Below, in pieces: positions 7,371 through 15,919 of a stretch of DNA of 37,142 nt (within the stretch, counting starts at the first letter, position 1; each line of letters begins with the position of its first letter). The notes under the pieces were generated by a model. The model did no database searches and was not told the DNA's origin. It saw nothing but the letters and a program-made list of their open reading frames with translations. Both the position numbers and the translations under genes were made by a program. The stretch is from a bacterium. Lineage in GTDB: Bacteria; Patescibacteriota; Minisyncoccia; Phycocordibacterales; Phycocordibacteraceae. Location: positions 1-37,142 of the forward strand of contig JAKAJJ010000001.1 in assembly GCA_021813835.1 (NCBI GenBank), written 5' to 3'.

Positions 7371-9524
7371 ATGCCGGAGAAATTCCTGAAGCCCTACGAT
7401 CCCGCCGCGACCGAGGGACGCCTCTACGGAGAGTGGGAGAAGAGCGGCCTCTTCAATCCCGACGAGTGCGTCCGGCGCGGCGCGGCGCGCGCGGACGCGC
7501 CGGCGTACTCCATCGTGCTTCCCCCGCCCAACGTCACCGGCCGGCTCCATATGGGCCACGCGCTTATGCTCGCCATCGAGGACATCTTCGTCCGCTACAA
7601 ACGGATGCGCGGTTTCCGCACGCTCTGGGTGCCCGGCACCGATCACGCCGCCATCGCCACGCAGGCGGTCGTCGAGAAACAGATAAAAAAAGACGAGGAT
7701 AAAAGCCGCCACGACCTCGGACGCGAGGAGTTTGTGAGGCGCGTCGAGGCGTTCGCGGAAGAAAGCCACGGCACCATCGTGAGCCAGCTGAAAACGATGG
7801 GCGCCTCGCTCGACTGGAGCCGCGAAGCGTTCACGCTCGACGATGCGCGCAGCCGCGCGGTGCGCACCGTCTTCAAGCGGATGTACGACGCCGGACTCGT
7901 CTACCGCGGCCACCGCATCGTCAACTGGGACCCGAAAGGCCAGACGACCATTTCCGACGACGAAGTCGTCTACGAGGAGCGGCCGGCGAAGCTCTATACC
8001 TTCCGCTATGCCAACGACTTCCCCATCAGCGTCGCGACGACCCGCCCCGAGACGAAGGTCGGCGACGTCGCGGTCGCGGTGCACCCGGACGACGCGCGCT
8101 ACCGGGACTTCGTCGGAAAGGAATACGACGCCGTCTTTTGCGACGTTCCGATCCGCCTGAAAATCGTCGCGGACGCGGCAGTCGATCCCTCCTTCGGCAC
8201 GGGCGCCGTCGGCGTCACTCCGGCGCACAGTCAGACCGACTGGGACATCGCCGACCGGCACGGGCTTTCACATCAAAATATAGTCATCAGCGAATACGCG
8301 AAGATGACCGTTCCCGGGCGCCTCAACGGAATGAAAACGGCCGCGGCCCGGGGCGCGGTCGTGGAATGGCTGAAGCGGGAAGGGCTTCTCGAGAAAGAGG
8401 AGGACATCCGCCAGAACGTCGCCACGGCGGAGCGCACGGGCGGAATTATCGAACCCCTCCCGAAGCTCCAGTGGTTCGTGGACGTGAACAGGGAGGTTCC
8501 GGGACGCGGGGCGTCGCTCAAGGAACTGATGCTCGAACCGGTCCGTTCGAAGAAAATAGCCATCATCCCCGACCACTTCGAGAAAACGTACGTCCACTGG
8601 ATAGAAAACCTGCGCGACTGGTGCGTGAGCCGTCAGATCTGGTACGGCCACCGCATCCCCGTCTGGTACAGGGGCGAGGAGATACAGGTCGGCGTCGAAC
8701 CGAAGGAGGTGGGCTGGACGCAGGACGAAGATACGCTCGACACGTGGTTCTCTTCCGGCCTTTGGACCTTCTCCACGCTCGGCTGGCCGGACGATGCGGG
8801 CGATCTGAAGACGTATCACCCCACCGACCTTCTCGAGACCGGCTACGATATCCTTTTTTTCTGGGTCGCGCGGATGATACTGATGACCGAATTCGCGCTC
8901 GGCACGATCCCTTTCAGGACGGTGTACCTCCACGGCCTCGTCCGCGACGCGCAGGGGCGCAAGATGAGCAAGTCGCTCGGCAACAATCTCGACCCTGTCG
9001 ACATCGCGGCGAAATTCGGCGCGGACGCCGCGCGGATGGCGCTCGTCGTCGGCAATACGCCCGGTACCGACACGCGCATCAGCGAGGACAAGGTGAAGGG
9101 CTACAAGCACTTCGCGAACAAGCTCTGGAACATCGCGCGGTTCATCCTCGAGAACGCGGACGATGCGGATGCCGCCGTGCCGCTGTCGGAAGCCGACGTC
9201 GCGCACCGCGCCGCCCTCGATGCGCTCACGCGCGAGGTGACGGCCGACATCGACGGCTACCGCGTTTACCTCGCCGCCGAGAAGCTGTACCACTACGCGT
9301 GGCATGAGCTCGCGGACAACATCATCGAAGAATCGAAGCCGGTCCTCCAGGGAGCGGATGCGGCCGCCAAAGCGTCGCGGCGGGCGCTGCTCGCCCGCCT
9401 CTTCGACCGGACGCTCCGGCTCCTCCACCCGTTTATGCCCTTCGTGACCGAGGAGATCTGGCAGTCCCTCCCTGCGAAGGATGCGGATTATCTTATGGTT
9501 GCGCGGTGGCCGGTGGTAGAATGA
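7371..9524 (+). CDS. valS: Valine--tRNA ligase (short form, 717 aa)
   Basis: The HIGH-type motif PPPNVTGRLHMGHAL and KMSKSLGN are present. Editing-domain motifs TTRPETKVGDVAVAVHPDD and GTGAVGVTPAHSQTD are present. The ATG at 7371 is preferred over the TTG at 7353. Confidence 0.95.
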   Translation: MPEKFLKPYDPAATEGRLYGEWEKSGLFNPDECVRRGAARADAPAYSIVLPPPNVTGRLHMGHALMLAIEDIFVRYKRMRGFRTLWVPGTDHAAIATQAVVEKQIKKDEDKSRHDLGREEFVRRVEAFAEESHGTIVSQLKTMGASLDWSREAFTLDDARSRAVRTVFKRMYDAGLVYRGHRIVNWDPKGQTTISDDEVVYEERPAKLYTFRYANDFPISVATTRPETKVGDVAVAVHPDDARYRDFVGKEYDAVFCDVPIRLKIVADAAVDPSFGTGAVGVTPAHSQTDWDIADRHGLSHQNIVISEYAKMTVPGRLNGMKTAAARGAVVEWLKREGLLEKEEDIRQNVATAERTGGIIEPLPKLQWFVDVNREVPGRGASLKELMLEPVRSKKIAIIPDHFEKTYVHWIENLRDWCVSRQIWYGHRIPVWYRGEEIQVGVEPKEVGWTQDEDTLDTWFSSGLWTFSTLGWPDDAGDLKTYHPTDLLETGYDILFFWVARMILMTEFALGTIPFRTVYLHGLVRDAQGRKMSKSLGNNLDPVDIAAKFGADAARMALVVGNTPGTDTRISEDKVKGYKHFANKLWNIARFILENADDADAAVPLSEADVAHRAALDALTREVTADIDGYRVYLAAEKLYHYAWHELADNIIEESKPVLQGADAAAKASRRALLARLFDRTLRLLHPFMPFVTEEIWQSLPAKDADYLMVARWPVVE

Positions 9525-9528
9525 AAGG

Positions 9529-10233
9529 GTGACCCTGACGACGCTCGGCTACGCATTCCTCGGCGGACTGCTCCCTTCCCTCATCTGGCTCTACTTCCTC
9601 CTCAAGGAGGACGCGCGCTGTCCCGAACCGCGCGCCCTCATCGCGTTCGCGTTCGTCGCCGGTATGGCGGCGGTGCCGCTCGCTCTCCCCCTCGAACAGT
9701 ATTCGAAAACGCACCTTTCCGGGGATGTGTCCGTCCTCGCCGCCTGGGCGCTCATCGAGGAAACGCTCAAGTACGCGATGGCCGCCGCTTTCATCCTCTG
9801 GCGCCGCGCGGTCGACGAAGCGCCCGATTACGTCGTGTATATGCTCACCGTGGCGCTCGGCTTCGCCTCGGCGGAAAATATGCTCTTCCTCTTCGCTCCC
9901 ATCGCGAGCGGGAATTTCGCGACCGGCATCTTCACCGGCGATCTGCGTTTCCTCGGCTCGACCCTGCTCCACGTCGTCGCCTCGGCCGCCATCGGCTTCG
10001 CGCTCGCGTTCTCGGCGAAGATGCGCCCGCTCGCGCGCAGCGCGGCGGCGGCGTTCGGACTTATCCTCGCCGTCGTATTGCATACGGCCTTCAATCTGCT
10101 TATCATCAAGCAAGGCGCCTCGACCGCGCTCACCGCGTTCTTCCTCGTCTGGCTCGTCGTCGTCATTTTCTTCGCGGCGTTCGAAGTTCTCAAATACTTC
10201 CGCTACCGTAACCTCCCCACTAATACCTGCTGA
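9529..10233 (+). CDS. PrsW-family intramembrane metalloprotease
   Basis: The protein is polytopic and carries IEETLKY (EExxK), FASAENMLF (FxxxEN) and LLHVVASAAIG. It uses a GTG start 5 nt after the valS stop. Confidence 0.8.
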   Translation: MTLTTLGYAFLGGLLPSLIWLYFLLKEDARCPEPRALIAFAFVAGMAAVPLALPLEQYSKTHLSGDVSVLAAWALIEETLKYAMAAAFILWRRAVDEAPDYVVYMLTVALGFASAENMLFLFAPIASGNFATGIFTGDLRFLGSTLLHVVASAAIGFALAFSAKMRPLARSAAAAFGLILAVVLHTAFNLLIIKQGASTALTAFFLVWLVVVIFFAAFEVLKYFRYRNLPTNTC

Positions 10234-10235
10234 CT

Positions 10236-10736
10236 ATGGCTTTAAAACTCTCGTTTCTCAGCCGACTGTCCGGCTCCTCGGCAGAGGACGCGCTCGATTC
10301 GTTCGACGATGATCTCGCGATAGCCCCGCCGCGCGGCGGGGAGCCGCGCGGGAAGCGCGGCGAGGCGGCGCGTCCCGCGCCGCTCGACGACGACCAGTCC
10401 TCGGGCGAAGGCCAGCTCCCCGTCGACGTCCATCAGACCGCGAACGAGATCGTCATCCGCGCCTTCGTCGCCGGCGTGCGTCCCGACGAGCTCACGATTT
10501 CCATAAGCCGCGACATGGTCGAGATCGAGGGTTCGCGCATGGAGCGCGAGCAGGTCTCGGGCCCCGATTATTTCACCCGCGAGCTCTTTTGGGGCTCGTT
10601 CACGCGCACCATCCTCCTGCCCCAGGAAGTCGACGTGGATGCCGCGACAGCGACCGCCAAAGACGGCCTCCTCACGCTCGTCCTCCCGAAGCTCGACAAG
10701 GCGCGCCAGACGCGCCTGCGCGTGAAGGCGGGCTGA
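10236..10736 (+). CDS. Hsp20/alpha-crystallin family small heat-shock protein
   Basis: The alpha-crystallin core reads PVDVHQTANEIVIRAFVAGVRPDELTISISRDMVEIEGSR...FTRTILLPQEVDVDAATATAKDGLLTLVLPK. Confidence 0.9.
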   Translation: MALKLSFLSRLSGSSAEDALDSFDDDLAIAPPRGGEPRGKRGEAARPAPLDDDQSSGEGQLPVDVHQTANEIVIRAFVAGVRPDELTISISRDMVEIEGSRMEREQVSGPDYFTRELFWGSFTRTILLPQEVDVDAATATAKDGLLTLVLPKLDKARQTRLRVKAG

Positions 10737-10739
10737 TTT

Positions 10740-11825
10740 TCATTTCAGCGTCACGGTTTCCTCCGCGGGCGGCAGGGCGACCGGCTCGACCGTAAACGGC
10801 AGGCGCGCGATGAGGCGCCCGTCGATGGTCTCGACATCGACCCGCCACGCTCCCGGCGCGCTGGCGAGCGCGGCCGAGTAGCCGCGGTAGCCGCCGTCGC
10901 GGCCGCCGACGATCGGGTAGGAGATGGCCGCTTTCGTGACCCACTGCTTGAGGGACGGGTCGTACCACTCCCAGCGGTGGACGATGGTCGTCTCGAGCGC
11001 GGTGGGGGCGAAGACGGCGCTGTAGGCGTAGAGCGACTCGCCGGAAACGACGTGGAGCGTCGGGGAGAAGCCGAGGTAGCGCACCGTCCAGGGCTCGATC
11101 TCGCTCGTCGCGAGGTAGGCGCCCGGGACGCGCCAGACGGCGTGGTAGACGCCCGCGGCTTCGGCCGAGAGCGGCAGGGGCGGCAAGATGTTCAGGAAAT
11201 AAAAAACGTTCACGAGGACGAAGACCGCGGCGGCGCCGGCACGGATGCGCCACACGTCCTCGCGGAAGCGCGCGCGGCCGAGGATGCGCAGGAGAACCGT
11301 GAAAAGCGCGAAAAGCGCGATGGCGACGGCGCCGCTCTCGAGGAAAGTCAGGGTGCCGAGGGTGCCGGTATAGATCGGAACGGCGAAGATCGCGTAGGAG
11401 TAGAGCGCAAAAAAGAAAAGCACGGAGGTGAAGACGAGCCGGTCGTGGTAGCGGTGGAACACTTCGTTGCCGACGAGGAACGCCGCGATGACGAGCAGGA
11501 AGGGCCATGACGCCGAGAGGACCGCCGAGCGGCCGTAGAAGACGAAGAAGCCGCTCCAAAAACCGCCGAGCGCGAATTGCGTCGCGAGGGGAAGCACGGG
11601 CCGCCAGCGCGGGCGCGGGAAGCCGCGCGCCGCGCGTTCCTCGAACCAGTGCAGGAGCGCAATGGCGAGGAAGCAGACGGCGGTATAGGCGGCGAAGACC
11701 GCCTGCGTCTGCCAGAGGTCGACGCGCTTGAAGAGGAGATTGTCGGCGGCGAAACCGGCGAGCATGGCGGCGGCCGAAAGGTGCCGTTCGTACCGCTGCA
11801 TCCATGCGAAGAGCGCGCGAAACAT
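10740..11825 (-). CDS. Polytopic membrane protein with a C-terminal DUF2914-like domain
   Basis: There are several N-terminal TM helices. The C-terminus reads HRWEWYDP...YPIVGGRDGGYRGYS...PGAWRVDVETIDGRLIARLPFTV, which I recall as the DUF2914 signature. The ATG lies 4 nt after the tRNA-Phe discriminator base. Confidence 0.8.
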   Translation of the reverse strand: MFRALFAWMQRYERHLSAAAMLAGFAADNLLFKRVDLWQTQAVFAAYTAVCFLAIALLHWFEERAARGFPRPRWRPVLPLATQFALGGFWSGFFVFYGRSAVLSASWPFLLVIAAFLVGNEVFHRYHDRLVFTSVLFFFALYSYAIFAVPIYTGTLGTLTFLESGAVAIALFALFTVLLRILGRARFREDVWRIRAGAAAVFVLVNVFYFLNILPPLPLSAEAAGVYHAVWRVPGAYLATSEIEPWTVRYLGFSPTLHVVSGESLYAYSAVFAPTALETTIVHRWEWYDPSLKQWVTKAAISYPIVGGRDGGYRGYSAALASAPGAWRVDVETIDGRLIARLPFTVEPVALPPAEETVTLK

Positions 11826-11829
11826 ACGG

Positions 11830-11902
11830 TGCTTGGAGTCGGGCTCGAACCGACGACCCCTTCCTCTTCAGGGAAGTGCTCTACCAACTGAGCTATCCAA
11901 GC
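11830..11902 (-). tRNA. tRNA-Phe (anticodon GAA)
   Basis: The reverse complement is GCTTGGATAGCTCAGTTGGTAGAGCACTTCCCTGAAGAGGAAGGGGTCGTCGGTTCGAGCCCGACTCCAAGCA. It forms a canonical cloverleaf with anticodon loop CTGAAGA. Confidence 0.93.
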
Positions 11903-11958
11903 GAAGGAAGACACGCGCGGCGCGTCTATGCCGCCCGTGCCCAAGCCATGGGCGGGCG

Positions 11959-12243
11959 CTACTGCCCCGCTTTGTACGAGTTTATCAGCTTTTGCAGATC
12001 CGCGGTAGTCGGGAGCCCGAAAAGCCCCGCCGGCGCGCTCGCGCCGCTCGCGGAGAACTTTGCGGCGAGCGGCGCGAGATACGCCTGGTAGAAATAGTAC
12101 GACAGGGCGAGCACGACGACCCAGACAATGACTTTCCAGAACGAGCTGATGAGCTGGTGGCGCCGGATGGAGCGCAGGATGCGGTGATTGTCTTTCGCGA
12201 GCGCATGCGTCTCTTCGACGAGCCGCTTGAGTTCGGGATCCAT
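11959..12243 (-). CDS. Small membrane protein (94 aa), hypothetical
   Basis: It is an ATG ORF with one central TM helix (FWKVIVWVVVLALSYYFY). It sits between tRNA-Arg and tRNA-Phe on the same strand. Confidence 0.6.
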   Translation of the reverse strand: MDPELKRLVEETHALAKDNHRILRSIRRHQLISSFWKVIVWVVVLALSYYFYQAYLAPLAAKFSASGASAPAGLFGLPTTADLQKLINSYKAGQ

Positions 12244-12322
12244 AACCGCTCCATTGTACCATCGCGATGGGGTGCCGAAAACGGTGATGCCGAACGCACT
12301 GCTCGAAGAGTGACGAAAGGGG

Positions 12323-12394
12323 TGCCCCTACCATGAGTCGAACATGGATCGCCGCGTTAGGAGTGCGGTGCACTATCCATTGTGCTATAGGGGC
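12323..12394 (-). tRNA. tRNA-Arg (anticodon CCT)
   Basis: The reverse complement is GCCCCTATAGCACAATGGATAGTGCACCGCACTCCTAACGCGGCGATCCATGTTCGACTCATGGTAGGGGCA. The anticodon loop is CTCCTAA, the T-arm CCATG/TTCGACT/CATGG and the acceptor GCCCCTA/TAGGGGC. Confidence 0.9.
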
Positions 12395-12417
12395 GCTCGA
12401 CCGGACGATAGCACGAA

Positions 12418-12446
12418 ACCCGCGCCGGCTCCGGCCGGCGCGGGCC
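12418..12446 (-). terminator. Hairpin terminator downstream of the glutaredoxin-like gene
   Basis: cccgcgccggc and gccggcgcggg form an 11-bp stem. On the - strand it is followed by TTT. Confidence 0.55.
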
Positions 12447-12458
12447 GCAGAAGGTATC

Positions 12459-12701
12459 CTACACCGCGACGCCGAGGGTGGATGCGATGCGCTCTTTGTC
12501 GAATCCGATGATCATTTCGTCGCCGATGAAGATGACCGGGACGCCCATTTGCCCGGACTTCTGGATCATTTCCTGGCGCTTCGCGAGATCGTGCGCGACG
12601 TCATAGTCGGTGTAGCCGATGCCTTTTTCCTTCAGGAATTCCTTGGTCATCTGGCAGAAATGGCAGGTCGGCGTGCTGTAAATGGTGACGGTTTTATTCA
12701 T
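12459..12701 (-). CDS. Glutaredoxin-like protein (YruB/NrdH-like, CxxC = CHFC)
   Basis: MNKTVTIYSTPTCHFCQMTKEFLKEKGIGYTDYDV...GQMGVPVIFIGDEMIIGFD is a thioredoxin-fold glutaredoxin pattern. The start is trimmed to the ATG at 12701. Confidence 0.88.
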   Translation of the reverse strand: MNKTVTIYSTPTCHFCQMTKEFLKEKGIGYTDYDVAHDLAKRQEMIQKSGQMGVPVIFIGDEMIIGFDKERIASTLGVAV

Positions 12702-12748
12702 ACGCGTTTCGTTATGGGAAAAGTATAGCACAGCCGGTTATCCCCACC

Positions 12749-13411
12749 CTAGGGCCGCCGCAGGATGACCCTGCTCGCGAGGAGCGCGCCGTCCGCCCCC
12801 CGCGTGCCGGACACGATCGCTTCGGCGCCCGCCGCAAGCGCGCTCATCGGGACCGCCTGCCCCATTTTCGTAATGACCGTATCCGCCGCGACGTCGATCG
12901 TGAGCGCTCTCCGCGCGGGCTTCCCCGGATGGCTTTTCGGGACGAGCGTGAACGCCCCCGGCGCGACGGCGGCGATCGTGCCGCCTATGACGCCGCCCGG
13001 ACGCCACGCGCGCTCGCGCGGCCCGTCGATGACCGCGCGCGCGGCGATGGCATCCCCCGAGAGCGGGCCGATGACGGCGATCGGATCGCCGACGGCGACT
13101 GCCGCGAGCGTCGCCGCGCTTCCCGCCTTGATTATTTTCGCGTCCTGCGTATCGACGGTGTACGTGGAGCCGTTCTTCGCCGACAGGGTGATGGACGAGC
13201 CGTCGACGGCCGCGACGGTGCCGATGCGCCCCTCCCCGGGCCGGCCGCGGAATCCCGAGGGCGCGTTCGCGGAGCGGACGCCGGCGGCGGCAAAGACGTA
13301 CGACGGGAGAATCCCCGCCGCCGCGAGCGCAACGCTCGCGGCGCCGATGACGATGATTCGTTGTGCGGATGAGGCCATACGTCGCGTACTAAGCGGATAA
13401 GGGCGAGACAT
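12749..13411 (-). CDS. Secreted protein, DUF5666-like
   Basis: There is an N-terminal hydrophobic anchor or signal (RIIVIGAASVALAAAGILP). Repeated modules G-T-V/I-x-AV-x-G-x-x-x-T-L follow. An alternative start exists at 13378. Confidence 0.75.
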   Translation of the reverse strand: MSRPYPLSTRRMASSAQRIIVIGAASVALAAAGILPSYVFAAAGVRSANAPSGFRGRPGEGRIGTVAAVDGSSITLSAKNGSTYTVDTQDAKIIKAGSAATLAAVAVGDPIAVIGPLSGDAIAARAVIDGPRERAWRPGGVIGGTIAAVAPGAFTLVPKSHPGKPARRALTIDVAADTVITKMGQAVPMSALAAGAEAIVSGTRGADGALLASRVILRRP

Positions 13412-13478
13412 CCGTTACTACGCGCCTGGAGCCGCTTTGTTCCGTGCCCCGGCAGGGATTTGTCGTGGGGCACCTCGG

Positions 13479-13913
13479 TCAAGACCTTCGCCGCCGACCT
13501 TTAAGCTTTGCGAGCGTTCGGTATATGTCCGTGAGGAATCCCTTTTTGCCCATCCACGTTGGCGGCCGATTCGCCGGGAAGCCGATCCACCACGTATCGT
13601 GACCGCGATCACCGCCGTGTTGGTGCTTCAGCATTTTGAACGGAATCTTCTTTTTCTCGAAAATCCACGCTTTTGCGTCGAATGGCGAGACGCCAAGGCA
13701 GATGAGGAAACGATAGTTCTGGTCGCGAATCTGCTGGAACACGTATTGCCCGCTCTCCCACTCGGTCGAGAATTTTATCTCGACGCGCGCTCCTTCGATA
13801 ACCCGATCGGCATCGCTGTCGGGCGACCGCACCACGTCGAGTCCGCGCGCTGCGCACCACCCAGCGATAAGCTGCTCGCCGATTTCCCCGCGCTGTCTCG
13901 ACGGGCGACGCAA
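13479..13913 (-). CDS. Putative PD-(D/E)XK-fold nuclease (144 aa)
   Basis: GEIGEQLIAGWCAARGLDVV...DSDADRVIEGARVEIKFS fits the pattern G-x3-E, then D, then E-x-K. There is no adjacent methyltransferase or partner gene. Confidence 0.55.
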   Translation of the reverse strand: MRRPSRQRGEIGEQLIAGWCAARGLDVVRSPDSDADRVIEGARVEIKFSTEWESGQYVFQQIRDQNYRFLICLGVSPFDAKAWIFEKKKIPFKMLKHQHGGDRGHDTWWIGFPANRPPTWMGKKGFLTDIYRTLAKLKGRRRRS

Positions 13914-14098
13914 TATCCACTCGAACGGGCTGTGTTGCCAGCGTATCGAGCCATTCTTTTCGTATTCTGATTACTTTCGAGGGTGGCGAAGGGTCAGACG
14001 TGGGGAACCATGACAGCTATGTGATTTTTGATCCTGAAAGGGCGAAAATAATTAGAGAGCAGGAGGTAAACGTCCCGGTCGTTTAAACTAGCACTGGA

Positions 14099-14128
14099 TG
14101 GTGCCTCGGCTCGGTCTCGAACTTTGTC
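14099..14128 (-). other. Decayed tRNA 3'-end-like fragment (C)
   Basis: tggtgcctcggctcggtctcgaac mimics the reverse complement of a tRNA 3' end (ACCA, acceptor and T-loop TCGAA). The T-stem cannot pair and no 5' acceptor partner is present. Confidence 0.5.
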
Positions 14129-14188
14129 ACGAGAGGCAATTCAAGGGCCTTCGGATGAATTTTAGGACAGCAGACTGGGGTATCTCGG

Positions 14189-14890
14189 TCACCAATTTGT
14201 TTTTCCTAAATCAAGTACGGGCTTCCCAACTATCGCACTTTCGGACACCATATAGGTTGACGTTGAGGTTGGATTATCTTTGGTCAGGTAAATGTCGCCC
14301 TGCGGTACAGTTATCCCATTGACCACATTGCCAGATACTCCAGCAACACGAGCGATGACATAGTATGCCCCTTGCGCGTCTTGCACTGTTGCAATAACAA
14401 CATTCCCTACCGAAACGGACTTATCGACTTTTTCAATCACGATGTACTCCCCAGAAGGATACGCGGGCGCCATGCTGTCGCCGTCAACCAAAAATGGGGC
14501 GAACAAGAATCCCCGCAGGAGTACAACTACGATAACTAAAAGGAGGAAAGCGGCAATATTGCCAATAAAAAGGACGAGAACTGACTTCCAGAAGTTTGTT
14601 TGGAGGTATTTTCTATACAGTACAGCCCCGACAATATAGGAACCGAGAACGGCGAATAACTTAAATATAACGGCGTTGAGTAAGAATCCGATTCCTGAAA
14701 TCACTAACGGAGCGACCGACGCTAAAGCCATGATCCAGACAACGCGCGGGAATGTGCTCGCAGTAATGTGAAAGAGTTTGTTGATGAGATGTTGCAATTC
14801 GGCGACCGCCAAGAACACCAGGATTGCAACGGCGATAATCGAGAGTATGAGTATGAGAATGAGACCCATATAGTCAGTATACCTTGCCAC
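14189..14890 (-). CDS. Membrane protein with a C-terminal S26/S24 signal-peptidase-I-like domain (general-base Lys apparently replaced)
   Basis: About four N-terminal TM helices precede FLFAPFLVDGDSMAPAYPSGE, the SPase I Ser box. The box normally reading (Y/V)KR(I/V)xGxPGD reads YVIARVAGVSGN here. Confidence 0.75.
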   Translation of the reverse strand: MARYTDYMGLILILILSIIAVAILVFLAVAELQHLINKLFHITASTFPRVVWIMALASVAPLVISGIGFLLNAVIFKLFAVLGSYIVGAVLYRKYLQTNFWKSVLVLFIGNIAAFLLLVIVVVLLRGFLFAPFLVDGDSMAPAYPSGEYIVIEKVDKSVSVGNVVIATVQDAQGAYYVIARVAGVSGNVVNGITVPQGDIYLTKDNPTSTSTYMVSESAIVGKPVLDLGKTNW

Positions 14891-14921
14891 TTAAGAAGGG
14901 ATTTCAACAACGCATCAGTCT

Positions 14922-14944
14922 CTTGCATTAGCACTAGTTGGTGC
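14922..14944. repeat. 23-bp direct repeat, copy 1 (cttgcattagcactagttggtgc), including a tRNA 3'-end-like TGGTGC
   Basis: It matches 16040..16062 at 21 of 23 positions. It is followed by a decayed tRNA-like fragment, tggtgccccaccctagtcgtgaacttcg. Confidence 0.8.
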
Positions 14945-15031
14945 CCCACCCTAGTCGTGAACTTCGTGGGACAAGGCGTGGGAATCACGCTTCTCTTCCT
15001 TGGTTGTCCCCTCGCGTATAGAGTATGCTGC

Positions 15032-15919
15032 ATGGATACTCCCCATATGAAAATTGATCCGGAAAGCTATCGCGAGTTTTTCGCCGGGCGCACGTTGGTG
15101 TTGGGCACGAAACACAAAAAAGAGGACGTGATCGCTCCCATCCTCGAGAGAGAGTTGGGCGTGCGTGTCGTCGTTCCGGATAATTTTGACACGGACCAAT
15201 TCGGCACCTTCACCCGCGAGATCGCTCGAACCGGAAACCAGCTTGAGGCGGCGCGCCGCAAGGCTGCGGCAGCCATGGAGCTTCTTGGGGCGGATTTGTC
15301 TCTTGCGAGCGAAGGCAGTTTTGGGCCGCACCCGGACATCCCATTCATACCATCCAATTTAGAACTCGTGCTCCTCGTGGACCGCAAGCACGGGTTTGAA
15401 ATCCGCGGTCACCATCGGAGCGAGGAGGCAAATGCCGCTTCCGCTTCTGTTTCAAGCGTTGCGGAAGCAAGACAATTTGCCGAGAAAATAGGGTTTCCCG
15501 GGCAGGGGTTGGTGGTGAGGAGGGACGAGCACCGCAATCAGGATATTTTCAAGGATATTTCCTCATATGAAGAACTCGAGGAAAAGGTTTCATATCTATT
15601 GAGTAAATTCCTCGTTCATAAGGTGTATCTAGAAACGGACTTGCGTGCGCACGCCAATCCCCTGCGTATGAAAAACATAGGACTGGCCGCGGAAGATTTG
15701 ATAAAAAATATAAAGAGCACGTGTCCGGAGTGCGCCACGCCCGGATTCGTGATTGTCGATACCGTGCGCGGACTGCCGTGCCAGTTGTGCGGCCAAGAGA
15801 CTGACTTGGCGCTGGCGGTTATCCGTGAATGTCAAAAATGCGGATCGAGACGCCGAGACCCGCACCCGGAAGCAAAAACGTCTGCTGATCCGGTGATGTG
15901 CGGCTATTGCAATCCGTAA
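15032..15919 (+). CDS. Conserved hypothetical protein (DUF6671-like by recollection) with a C-terminal Cys-rich zinc-ribbon
   Basis: Motifs seen are LGTKHKKEDVIAPILE, FDTDQFGTFTREIAR and ASEGSFGPHPDIPF. The C-terminal cysteine pairs are CPEC...CQLC...CQKC...CGYC. The track ORF 14768..15919 is trimmed to the ATG at 15032. Confidence 0.7.
   Translation: MDTPHMKIDPESYREFFAGRTLVLGTKHKKEDVIAPILERELGVRVVVPDNFDTDQFGTFTREIARTGNQLEAARRKAAAAMELLGADLSLASEGSFGPHPDIPFIPSNLELVLLVDRKHGFEIRGHHRSEEANAASASVSSVAEARQFAEKIGFPGQGLVVRRDEHRNQDIFKDISSYEELEEKVSYLLSKFLVHKVYLETDLRAHANPLRMKNIGLAAEDLIKNIKSTCPECATPGFVIVDTVRGLPCQLCGQETDLALAVIRECQKCGSRRRDPHPEAKTSADPVMCGYCNP

Noticed and set aside
14939-14968. The tRNA-like sequences at 14099, 14939 and 27311 could be functional tRNA genes.
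   Set aside because: Only the ACCA, acceptor 3' strand and T-loop-like parts are recognisable. The T-stems do not pair, and no D-arm, anticodon arm or proper 5' acceptor strand could be found. They are treated as remnants.
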